Of a stretch of DNA of 64,000 bases, positions 38,356-47,331 are shown piece after piece. The notes beneath the pieces were generated by a model that saw nothing but the letters and a program-made list of their open reading frames with translations, did not search any database and was not told where the DNA came from. This DNA comes from a virus. The stretch covers positions 1-64,000 of IMG/VR virus record IMGVR_UViG_3300042879_003566; one strand, 5' to 3'. Position 1 is the first letter of the stretch; each line of letters begins with the position of its first letter. The position numbers and the translations under genes are program-made.

Positions 38356-40062
38356 TTAAGAGGCTAGCTGTTCATTGCGGGTTTGCAATGCCTCATGGAA
38401 CCCTTCGGTGTATTGGTCTCGCTGATCAGGCGTCAGGTTTTGATTAGATAAACCTTTGATTTGATCAACGGACATCATGCCACCGTCAACCTTGAGTTGA
38501 ATGGTGAACCTGGGTTTACCTTCTACCATACAAAGCACAATGAAGTGCTTCTTCTTACGAACACCTTCAGCGTAACCAGAGGCAGAGCCAACGCAATTGC
38601 GTACGGCTTGACCCCACATGGCGAGCTGATGCGTGTCGTGTGGCTGGAAGAACGACCAAGTTTCACCATCAACAGATACTTTGATGGGTTCAGGGAATAA
38701 ATCCTGCGGTAGCTTTTCATTTGGATTTTGAATCTTCCATGACTCTGCCTGGACATGGTCATGGAATTCATTGATGCGCCAACGTTTGGGAGGATTTAGA
38801 TCCTTGTGCTCAAGCACGCGGTTAAGCATGTTGATTGTGTCTGACCATTCGTAGAATCCATAAACGTGTAGACCAAGGTCACGTTCCATGGTGACGTTAG
38901 AGCCATTAGCACGTACACGTTGCTGCTCTTCTTCATAGTATTTGGCAAAGATGCCAAAGAAAGAAGCAACAGGCATGTGTTGACGCAACCAATCAATAGT
39001 CTTGTCTTGCACGGCGTACGAACGAATGCGTATGCCTAGCAATTCTTGAATGTGGTTTTGATAATAATCAATGGGACAATCAGGCCAGATGCCATGAACA
39101 TAGCTAATGGAATCAACTAGTTTCTTAGCTTGATTAAAAGGTTGTTTGATGTTGACTTGTAGTTTGTTGTTCTTATCTTCATAGACAGCAATAGATTCAT
39201 CTAGTTTTTGCTGGACCCACTTACGGAAGAATGGTGTATTAAAGATGTGTTTGACATTGCGTAGTGGCAGCCAATCAAGGTATGCAGGCGTTCTTAATTC
39301 AGTAAGTGAATAGAAGTTATCAACAGTTAGCTGCCAAGTTGATTGCTCTTCTTGACTTACAAAGACAGGAGGAATCTCAAGAGCTTGGGCAATGCCAGCA
39401 CATTGAAGGCGGCTAAAAAGGAAACGGCTATCATCCCAGGTGGGAATTGATTCTTGCAAGGCTTTACTGAATTCTTCAACAGCCTTGGCAATGTTCCGTC
39501 CCTTTTGGGTATAACTACCAAGATAACGAGCACGCCATTCACGATCTTCTTTGCCATCAATGATGTCTTGACGAGTTACAAGACGACGGTCAATGAAGAA
39601 TGTTGAGCGGCCAATCTCAATCTTGTTGTAGTTATCAATGTTGTTGATGATATCGCGTGGAATTGTCTTACGTGCTGATGCAGTGTCACGGAAGACACGT
39701 GCATAGCCATAGACATACTTGTCTTCTTGGCCAGCTGGCGGCAGCCATCCGGCGTACCAACATTGTTCGAAGTGATAAAGGATTGCGCGTGTCTGGAGAC
39801 GGGCCTGCGGAGTAGCAACATCCACAGGCTTGGTAAATGAGTGGTGACGATCTGGCGCAAGCTGCGTGTTAATCGAATCAATTGCATCTTGCTGCAGTGA
39901 TTCACGCACCACGTCATAAGGAATGACATGCGGGATGTTGCCAAGGGGATACTTGGCTTTCTTGGCAGGAGATGATTGCTTTTGTTGGCGAACCAAAGCT
40001 TTGAGCTTGGGATCGTAGGCAATCAACTCGGTCTGCAAGTTTTGAGGAAGTTGGAATTGCAT
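38356..40062 (-). CDS. PcfJ-like domain protein
   Basis: EFHDH...L..WGQAVRNCVG...Y...FTIQL...QIKGLSN. Confidence 0.7.
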   Translation of the reverse strand: MQFQLPQNLQTELIAYDPKLKALVRQQKQSSPAKKAKYPLGNIPHVIPYDVVRESLQQDAIDSINTQLAPDRHHSFTKPVDVATPQARLQTRAILYHFEQCWYAGWLPPAGQEDKYVYGYARVFRDTASARKTIPRDIINNIDNYNKIEIGRSTFFIDRRLVTRQDIIDGKEDREWRARYLGSYTQKGRNIAKAVEEFSKALQESIPTWDDSRFLFSRLQCAGIAQALEIPPVFVSQEEQSTWQLTVDNFYSLTELRTPAYLDWLPLRNVKHIFNTPFFRKWVQQKLDESIAVYEDKNNKLQVNIKQPFNQAKKLVDSISYVHGIWPDCPIDYYQNHIQELLGIRIRSYAVQDKTIDWLRQHMPVASFFGIFAKYYEEEQQRVRANGSNVTMERDLGLHVYGFYEWSDTINMLNRVLEHKDLNPPKRWRINEFHDHVQAESWKIQNPNEKLPQDLFPEPIKVSVDGETWSFFQPHDTHQLAMWGQAVRNCVGSASGYAEGVRKKKHFIVLCMVEGKPRFTIQLKVDGGMMSVDQIKGLSNQNLTPDQRDQYTEGFHEALQTRNEQLAS

Positions 40063-40091
40063 GGTGAGTTCAGAGTAAGTTCGTAGTGTGT

Positions 40092-40118
40092 GAGCAGTTT
40101 AATGTCATGCTCAGGACA
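40092..40118 (-). promoter_or_regulatory. H-type RNA pseudoknot, copy 5
   Basis: TGTC-CT-GAGCA-T-GACA-TTAAAC-TGCTC. Confidence 0.7.
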
Positions 40119-40123
40119 GGGGA

Positions 40124-40381
40124 TCAGTCTAGATCGTAATCGGAGGTGTCGACGAGTTGCCAGTGAAGATCGAGCTGATCAAGATAGCAGCAGAAGCCAT
40201 CTTCATCAGTAGGGATTTGTTGTTCCTCATCCAGCTCAAAGCTTGCTGTGCAAAGAGCTGGAGCCCATTCTTCAGGTTCGAAATATGTTGCCCGATAGAG
40301 CAAACGCATTTCGTCAACCACTGCTGTAACTGTGACATTGGTACCTTCGATGATGGTGTCTTCAATAGCAAGGACAGACAT
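40124..40381 (-). CDS. Acidic hypothetical protein
   Basis: 85-aa ORF. Confidence 0.55.
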   Translation of the reverse strand: MSVLAIEDTIIEGTNVTVTAVVDEMRLLYRATYFEPEEWAPALCTASFELDEEQQIPTDEDGFCCYLDQLDLHWQLVDTSDYDLD

Positions 40382-40384
40382 GAG

Positions 40385-40582
40385 TCAGACCTGAATGAAT
40401 TGCTTGGGTTTCATGAAGTCAGATGTTGGTCCATACTTCTCGATAAGATCAGGGAATGCGTCGAGCAAACGCTGACGATTCACTGGATCTGCAACGCGCA
40501 GTGCTTGTGCAATCGATGAAACAAATGAACCACCATGTGATTGCATGAGGCAAATCATGGCGGTCAGCTGAGCTGAATTCAT
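40385..40582 (-). CDS. Small hypothetical phage protein
   Basis: M..HGGSFV..IA.A...ADP.N..RL..AFP. Confidence 0.6.
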   Translation of the reverse strand: MNSAQLTAMICLMQSHGGSFVSSIAQALRVADPVNRQRLLDAFPDLIEKYGPTSDFMKPKQFIQV

Positions 40583-40604
40583 GTGTTGAATTGCAATGGA
40601 ATGT

Positions 40605-40631
40605 AGGCAGTTTAACGTCATACCCAGGACG
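40605..40631 (-). promoter_or_regulatory. H-type RNA pseudoknot, copy 6
   Basis: CGTC-CT-GGGTA-T-GACG-TTAAAC-TGCCT. Confidence 0.7.
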
Positions 40632-40636
40632 TATCT

Positions 40637-40834
40637 TTAGAATAATTTAATGTTTCGTTTGCTCAATCCTGTGCCAGGAATTGAGAACGATCCAAGCAGT
40701 CCAGACGGACGTGCGTTGAGTGTGAATTGGATGGGGCCAAGTCGTATCGATTTGGTGAACGACTTGATGCCCCGTTCCGTGATGTTGACTCCGGCAATAG
40801 TTTTGTCGAAGTTAAAGGCTGAGCGTTCAGTCAT
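40637..40834 (-). CDS. Small protein, DUF4236-like
   Basis: KSIRLGP...SIPGTGLS. Confidence 0.5.
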   Translation of the reverse strand: MTERSAFNFDKTIAGVNITERGIKSFTKSIRLGPIQFTLNARPSGLLGSFSIPGTGLSKRNIKLF

Positions 40835-41795
40835 AACAAGAATTGGATTCGGCCAATGTAAATCTCAATTGAAAGTATTCATCTTGATCTTTGTCTTTGG
40901 CGTAGTAACGGGCTTCAAATCCACCAGAGCCAACAACGTTGTTCTTGATGGATTCTCTTAGCAAATGGCGTGCCATTGCTTTAAGTCTTGCGATGGATGG
41001 AACTGCGTGCCCATTACCTTCAGTTGTTTGCCACTGCCAGTCAACCGCTGTCATAGCAATGTAAACACGTTGAAAATCAAACGTGTCAATTACGTTATCA
41101 ATCAATGATTCTTTTGAGTCCATTAGTTGTAGATCATGTCGAGGGACAAAATGATTGCACTAAGGAATAACATGGAGCAGAGAAGGATCATCATTTGAGG
41201 TCATCAGGAAGGAGCATTTGAGTGTCTTCGTCAGACATGTTGGTCATCATGAACTTCTCTCCGTTGGGTGAAATGAAACCACCAACGAAACCAACTCCGT
41301 ACTTGTCAGCTGATTCCTTCATCTTTGCTACGAGTTGCATAGCGGATAGACGTTGGAGATCAATGGAGTCTGGGATGCGGGGAGTGTTGTCAGGCATTGG
41401 AATGAAGTGGAATGATTGATGGAGTGTAGCAGGGAATAGGGGGAGTAAACATTAGTTTATCTAATAGAATTAATGGTTCCCCCCTGGTACTCCCTGCGGG
41501 GTTGTAGGGGTTCAGCTGTGCATAGCTTGATGTTCTTTCCATGCATTGGTATGCATTTCATCCAAAGTCAAAGGCGGTTCATTGACTTCGTCTGGATCAA
41601 AGTCAGCATCAAGGTAATTCACAAGCATTGGAATGATTTCCTCTTCGAGTAAGCAATAGATGGACGGAGTGAGATGCTGGTCCATCTGATGCCGCTTCGC
41701 TTCACGTGCCATGACATCTTGGAGGATAGTCAATGCTTCACGCACGTGGACATACTCGTTTTGTTCCATGGTGTGGTGTGTAGGTTGAATGGGAT

Positions 41796-41850
41796 GACCT
41801 GGGACTTACACCATTATTGAGAAGAGTTCTCAATTGTGGATGCCCAGGTC
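41796..41850 (-). promoter_or_regulatory. GGCA/GTAAGTCC internal-loop hairpin, copy C
   Basis: GACCTG-GGCA-(long stem-loop)-GTAAGTCC-CAGGTC. Confidence 0.6.
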
Positions 41851-42681
41851 TTGTTGTGTTGCCAGAGAAATCATCTGGGATCAAGGATGATCCAGCCCGT
41901 GTAGTTATCGCTGGTGCGATCCACACGAATTAAGCGTTTCTCTTCGAGGCTTTCAATGGTGCGTATGTAATCAGCCATTCGATTTCCTTGGACCGGAATC
42001 TTTGGTACGAAACATGGAGTGTTCGCATGTTTCCTCCTGTGATTTAAGTAATACAGATAGAGATTCCGTTGGTTAATACTCAGGCTGAGTGGTGCTGAGT
42101 TGTCGATTTGCATTAGATCAATCCAAGAAGACTAAGCCAACTATCGGGATGGTCCGGTTCTACTTCGTCGTCGTCCGGTGTGAACGCGACTGAGTCGAAC
42201 GACCACTCTTCGATTTCCTCGTTGGTCGGGACATCGTACCAGCCTTGGAGTTCTTTGTCGGCGTACCGTGGGATCCAGTAGCACCGGAGGATGCCTCGCT
42301 TGTTGCGATAGACATCGCCGTTGCTTGGACGTTCGCCTTTCTCTCCGTCGTAGTTGACTTCGGCTTGGTACTGTTGGTCGAGGTCTTCTTCTGAGAAGGG
42401 GACGTAGCCGAAAGATTCGGCAATTTCTTGGGTGACGGGGTGAAGCATGAGATTAGTACCGTGATGAGGATTGAGATGAGTGCGATGACATGAATAATGA
42501 TGTCATCTTCTTGAGGACTAGGAGTCTTCGTCGTCATAGATGACGCCCTCCCACTCATCTTGATTGGATTCTGTCATTGCTTGATATTGTTCTTCTGCCA
42601 TGTCAGCCATGGCATCAAGCAAGTCAGCGTTGTAGTTGTTGTCGAGTTGAGTCATGGTTTGAATTGGTATAATGAATTGAA

Positions 42682-42726
42682 AGCCTGGGACTTACGCACC
42701 GAGCTGGCGTCGGTACTGCCCAGGCT
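42682..42726 (-). promoter_or_regulatory. GGCA/GTAAGTCC internal-loop hairpin, copy B
   Basis: AGCCTG-GGCA-GTACCGA-CGCCAGC-TCGGTGC-GTAAGTCC-CAGGCT. Confidence 0.6.
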
Positions 42727-42758
42727 ATTTGTAGTACTGACGTACTAACGGACGTGGG

Positions 42759-43256
42759 TCAAACCTTGACGTGAGACCAAGCTTTGCCCTTGTGGATATT
42801 GGAGATGGTGTGTTGGCTAACGCCGTACGCCTTACCGATCTCGATGTACGCACGATTGGTGCTCTTGAATTCCTTCATGATTGAAGGCGTTGCAAGGACA
42901 CCTTTGATCTCGCGGACATCGCTCTCGCTGAGCTTGGCATTGCAGAAGGCAGCTGGCTTAATTCTCCCGGAGAATTCGCCGCTTGTGATCTTCTTAACCA
43001 ATGCCATCTCACCGTCCTGCTGGAGAGCAGGCCGAGGCGTGGTATTGAGAACCTGACGGATGGGTAGACCAAGAGTCACAGAAGTTCCGTCTTTTATGAC
43101 GGAGATCGTGACCTTGCCTTCTCGGGTGATAACCGAGACGTGATCAGGGTTCTGGATGTCGAGTTGACTGATGGCTTCCATGAGTTGAGTGGAGTGCAGT
43201 ACGAGGATAGCTGGATGATTACTGGATGCAAGTACTAGGTCTAGTCCACAGCACAC
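42759..43256 (-). CDS. HTH-containing protein (start probably downstream)
   Basis: NAKLSESDVREIK...IGKAYGVS..TISNI..GKAW. Confidence 0.6.
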   Translation of the reverse strand: MCCGLDLVLASSNHPAILVLHSTQLMEAISQLDIQNPDHVSVITREGKVTISVIKDGTSVTLGLPIRQVLNTTPRPALQQDGEMALVKKITSGEFSGRIKPAAFCNAKLSESDVREIKGVLATPSIMKEFKSTNRAYIEIGKAYGVSQHTISNIHKGKAWSHVKV

Positions 43257-43304
43257 TCTCCCACGCCACCGGTAGTGGCGCAGGGGGGAGTGGGGACTGA
43301 CCTT

Positions 43305-43660
43305 CTACCTCATGTAGAGGTAAGAGCCTGCCCAATCAGCATTGTGGAGACAAGCTTCGTAGGAGGCGTCATCCAGTAGTTGGTAGCGGACGTGAAGAGC
43401 TGGTGCCTTCCAGCTGGCGGGCTTATAGACTGCACCTGTCTCACGTGAGACAAATGCATGTACAGATCGCCCGACACGTCCGGCACCAGAATTTGTGACT
43501 TGAATGATCTTGTAATACTTGGTACCACGAACAATCTCGTGGTTCAAGTAGTCAGGATATTCTTCACGTTGTGGATACTGCTTGTAGTAACGCTTGGTTA
43601 GTACATCGATAACGGCATTGATGCGATCTTCGATGAGCTGCGTTTTCTCAGCGAGTTTCA
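43305..43660 (-). CDS. Conserved phage early protein
   Basis: GTKYYKI...SVHAFV...G.VYKPASWKAPA. Confidence 0.65.
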
Positions 43661-43942
43661 TGTTGAGTTTGCTGTGAGTGGATCTTGGTGATGTCGACGC
43701 CCAGTGCACCGCCAATCGTTAGTGCCATTACTGCAATAGCAAAGACACCAACGAGGAAGTTGGCTATGGGCATCTCATTTCGAGAACCATAAGAATCAAG
43801 TTGAACATACTGATTCTTGCCAAGTGAGACAATGCGTTTCATTAGAATAAGAATGAAGTGAACAGAGGCAGTCCTGGGTGAGGACTGCAGAAAACCCACC
43901 GCCGATACGAATTCGTATCAACGGAAGGGTTAAGTGCAGTCG

Positions 43943-44332
43943 TCAGAAAGGAATTTCTTCCAGCGTCGGCTCAACCTTGGATTCAGCCACTGGTGTGACT
44001 GCAGGCTTAGCCTCCGGTGATGCACCGATGACAGCACGGACTCGCGTCAGTGCAATCTCTGGATATTTGAGGGCTACCAGCTGGTCATCTTTGACGTAAT
44101 GCGTGCGAATACTGGCGATCCGCACATCATACTGGACAAGGATCAGCTGCTGACCAACCACCAACGTACCGTTGTTGTAGGCAGTAAGTAGCCCGTTGCC
44201 ATTGTTGAATTTGATGCGGCAGACACCATCGAACTGGTCCTTGACATACATGGTGATCGCAAGGAACTCGCGACCTTCATGCACAGCAGTTTCCATGTAA
44301 GCAATGTTGCCGATGATTGTGTTGCTAAACAT
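43943..44332 (-). CDS. SSB-like OB-fold protein
   Basis: NTIIGNI...VGQQL...; C-terminal EEIPF. Confidence 0.45.
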   Translation of the reverse strand: MFSNTIIGNIAYMETAVHEGREFLAITMYVKDQFDGVCRIKFNNGNGLLTAYNNGTLVVGQQLILVQYDVRIASIRTHYVKDDQLVALKYPEIALTRVRAVIGASPEAKPAVTPVAESKVEPTLEEIPF

Positions 44333-44871
44333 AATCAATGTGAAGTAAGGGACTAGCAGGAATGAATCCTGCAGGAAACCCTGGTGTTACTCAGGGTTAA
44401 TTGCAAGAATCAGTTGTTAGCAAGCTGTGTATACAACTTGCGGGCACCAGCGAGTGAGAGGCTGGTGCTTTGGTCGTAACCTTTGTGACCCTTGCGGATC
44501 AACTTGGTTACATGCGCCACATTTCCCTCCGTATACACGAAGAAGAAATAGATGGCTTGGTCCGTTTCAACTGCCAGGGTCTTATCAGGGTTAGACATGG
44601 TGTGGTGTTGAATGTGCCGTGCCCATCTCGGCGTTGGGCAATGGCTGGACCAGGGATTGCACCTGGTCACTCGCTTCTACGAATCAGCTGTTGTCATGGG
44701 TAATTCACCAGTTGGTTCAATCGCCTTGGCGATCTGCACCCTGGTATTACGTATCCACATCTGAATACGTTCTTTGCTCTGGTCTTCTGCTACTACCTTG
44801 GCAGCAGCGATCAGACCAGTTGCTAGCTTGGCTCGTAACATTGTGAACTCCTGGTTAAATCAATTGAATTG

Positions 44872-44904
44872 TTTGGACTTACCCGCGCTGTGCGCGGTGC
44901 CAAA
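44872..44904 (-). promoter_or_regulatory. GGCA/GTAAGTCC internal-loop hairpin, copy A
   Basis: TTT-GGCA-CCGCGC-ACA-GCGCGG-GTAAGTCC-AAA. Confidence 0.55.
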
Positions 44905-45291
44905 TCAAAGTAAACTCAGTTACAATTGAAGTCTTATTCCAAGTGGTTGTTAAGTTACAGTCTTTATCTGAAAGCTATTGCGGCGCGGGGCTTTCCCCAA
45001 TTTCGAGCACGATATGAATTCGTATCAATCGATAAATTGCCACCGAATTGTGTTAGTTTCAACAAATTACTTGACAAATTTGCACTCTTAGTATCTAATT
45101 TGACCTGACCTTCACTACATCATGTGGAGCCATCACGCATTCTTTTTTTTCTCCCCATAATTCGCTTCGGTCAGGTGGTGGGAGAAGCGTCAGGTAATTT
45201 TGTCCCCTATTTCGGGCTATAACGGGGCCTTACTTTTAAGTAAAAATGCATTTATGTAGTAAATATCACCACTTTTCCCAAATTTTTACAC

Positions 45292-45317
45292 AAAAAAGCC
45301 GGGGTCTATTCCCCGGC
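45292..45317 (-). terminator. Rho-independent terminator
   Basis: GCCGGGG-AATAGA-CCCCGGC followed by T6. Confidence 0.75.
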
Positions 45318-45342
45318 GTTAATTCAAAGTTTGGAAAATTTA

Positions 45343-45555
45343 TTATTCTCCCTTCTTTGCCTTGTATGCGAGCGTTGCACCCATTGCTTTTTTAAATGCT
45401 TCCTCATCGGGAAGCTCATAGGCCAGTTCTTTTTTAGCTGAAGTTACAAAATCACGCACTTCAAACGAATCTTTCCCTTCTTGTGCCATTTGCATTGCCT
45501 TGTCTTTAATCTTTTCCAAGGCTTCGACACGTTTTTGGCGCGTTCCAGCTTCCAT
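45343..45555 (-). CDS. Hypothetical protein
   Basis: 70-aa ORF with its own terminator. Confidence 0.6.
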   Translation of the reverse strand: MEAGTRQKRVEALEKIKDKAMQMAQEGKDSFEVRDFVTSAKKELAYELPDEEAFKKAMGATLAYKAKKGE

Positions 45556-45664
45556 CCTTGGTGCAAATTGAATTATTCTTCAACTATAACGCCTACATTT
45601 CTTGGATTCATCAACAATAGAATGTTGACAGACAAAATAATCGGGCTATAAAGCCATTAATGGC

Positions 45665-47107
45665 ATGACTCCTGCTGAATTAGCCGCTGCTTCGGCTTAC
45701 CAACAAGAACAACAACGTTTAGCAGCGCAAAACCAGCAAGAACCGTCAAATATCCTGGACGTAATCGGAAAAATTGCGTTAGGCGCAGGTGTTGCCGCAG
45801 CCGGGACTCTGGGTGTTCGTCGTATGCTCCGTGGTGGAGCAGCAAAAGCAGCCACGCTGCAAGATGTAGCTTCTGCTGCCACTACTGGAGCGCCCAAAGC
45901 CAAAGAAGCGGTTGGTCGCCTTGGCGAAATTAATGAATACGTGCGGCAAGCAAGGACAGAACGTCCGACTGGCATTGTTCAAGCCAAACTTCCTACAGTT
46001 TCTGAGCTTGTTGCAGCAGAAGAAGAGTATCGGGCGTTCCGTCCAGACATCAGAGAAGATCTTTCGCCCGCTGTACAAGAAGCCCGCAGACAACAAGCAA
46101 CTTCTAACTTGCTTGCCCGGGCACAAAAGATGCGTGAACCGTATCAAATGTCATTACCTGGCATTAATCCAACACTGATGGCAATCCGGGGGGCAGCGCA
46201 GGAGGTTGCCCCTAGCGTTGTTTATCAACCTGGGCCGTCGGTGCGTCTTTCTGCTGCACCCAAACAACTTGGTATTTCTCTTGAGACTTTAACGTCTCAA
46301 CAACAGGCAAATCTTCCTAATGTTTCTGCACACGCATCAAACGCCATTGGATCGGCAGAAGATCAAATTACAGGTAATGTGACGCGTGCTATCCAACGGA
46401 ACGAAGATTTAAACCCTGAGCGTCTACAGCAAATTATGCAAGGTCGCAGGGAAGCGGCGGCTGCTCGTGGGCGTCGGGGTCCTGCAATAGAACGTTCTTT
46501 AATTTTTAGGCCGGAAGAACGTGCAGCCTTTGAACAAAGCGTTGCATTATCTCAACCAACACCAGAAATTACTGTGCCGACCATTGGCGCACCCGGCGCT
46601 GAAGGCATGGGATTACTTGAGACTGGTGCCGTAACTGGCTCTCGCTCCAGCGTTATCAGCCAAGGTGCAAGTAATACATCTGTTCGCGGTATTTCTCGTG
46701 TTTCTTACGACTTGAGCACACGCAATCCAAGCACACAAGAATTTGAAGAACTTGGTGGTGGCATTGGCGTTTATGGTGTTGAACCTGCTTATGCCTCTGG
46801 TGCAGTCAAAAAAGAAACCGGTGAGTACACTCCGACTGCAACACGCAAACCCACTGATCTTCCCCCTAGCTCCAAACGCTCTTTCCCTGAGGGGGTGATG
46901 TCACCCTTTGCCAAAATGTCGGACGAAGAGTTGGGCATGATGAGCATGGTGGGCGAAGGGGCCGAGGCACAAGCCGCACAACAGATGTTGAACCGTCGCC
47001 AGAATTTGGATTTAAACAGGGAGATAGATAGAATATATAAATCAAATCCCCGTGAGCGGGCCCAACAACTCGTCTCTGATCTTTTAGATACCTTAAAGGG
47101 TGAATAA
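45665..47107 (+). CDS. Ala/Gln-rich protein, putative internal virion protein
   Basis: First gene of the plus-strand arm; N-terminal hydrophobic G/A segment. Confidence 0.55.
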   Translation: MTPAELAAASAYQQEQQRLAAQNQQEPSNILDVIGKIALGAGVAAAGTLGVRRMLRGGAAKAATLQDVASAATTGAPKAKEAVGRLGEINEYVRQARTERPTGIVQAKLPTVSELVAAEEEYRAFRPDIREDLSPAVQEARRQQATSNLLARAQKMREPYQMSLPGINPTLMAIRGAAQEVAPSVVYQPGPSVRLSAAPKQLGISLETLTSQQQANLPNVSAHASNAIGSAEDQITGNVTRAIQRNEDLNPERLQQIMQGRREAAAARGRRGPAIERSLIFRPEERAAFEQSVALSQPTPEITVPTIGAPGAEGMGLLETGAVTGSRSSVISQGASNTSVRGISRVSYDLSTRNPSTQEFEELGGGIGVYGVEPAYASGAVKKETGEYTPTATRKPTDLPPSSKRSFPEGVMSPFAKMSDEELGMMSMVGEGAEAQAAQQMLNRRQNLDLNREIDRIYKSNPRERAQQLVSDLLDTLKGE

Positions 47108-47109
47108 AA

Positions 47110-47331
47110 ATGGCTGAAAAAAAGAAAGAAAAAAAGTGGATCCAAGGCATGGACATGAAGGAAGGGGCCTTCACTGCCAAAGCTAAGAAGAAAGGGATTA
47201 CTACCGCTCAGCTCCAAGAAAACGTGCTGGCCAATCCCGATAAGTACGATGAAAAAACGGTGAAGCAAGCGCGTCTTCGCCAAACGCTGGTAGGATTAAA
47301 AAAGAAAAAGAAAGAAAAGTCTGAGGGCTGA
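47110..47331 (+). CDS. Small Lys-rich protein
   Basis: KKWIQ...GAFTAKAK...QARL.QTL. Confidence 0.6.
   Translation: MAEKKKEKKWIQGMDMKEGAFTAKAKKKGITTAQLQENVLANPDKYDEKTVKQARLRQTLVGLKKKKKEKSEG

Noticed and set aside
28254-40631. Pseudoknots as stop-codon readthrough signals or pistol/hammerhead ribozymes
   Set aside because: In the copies checked (1 and 5) readthrough hits another stop before the next gene; pistol P2/P3 and the hammerhead CUGAUGA/GAAA core are absent
44910-44923. GTA-N8-TAC NtcA-like site
   Set aside because: No correctly spaced -10 box on either strand; this 6-base pattern is expected many times by chance in 64 kb
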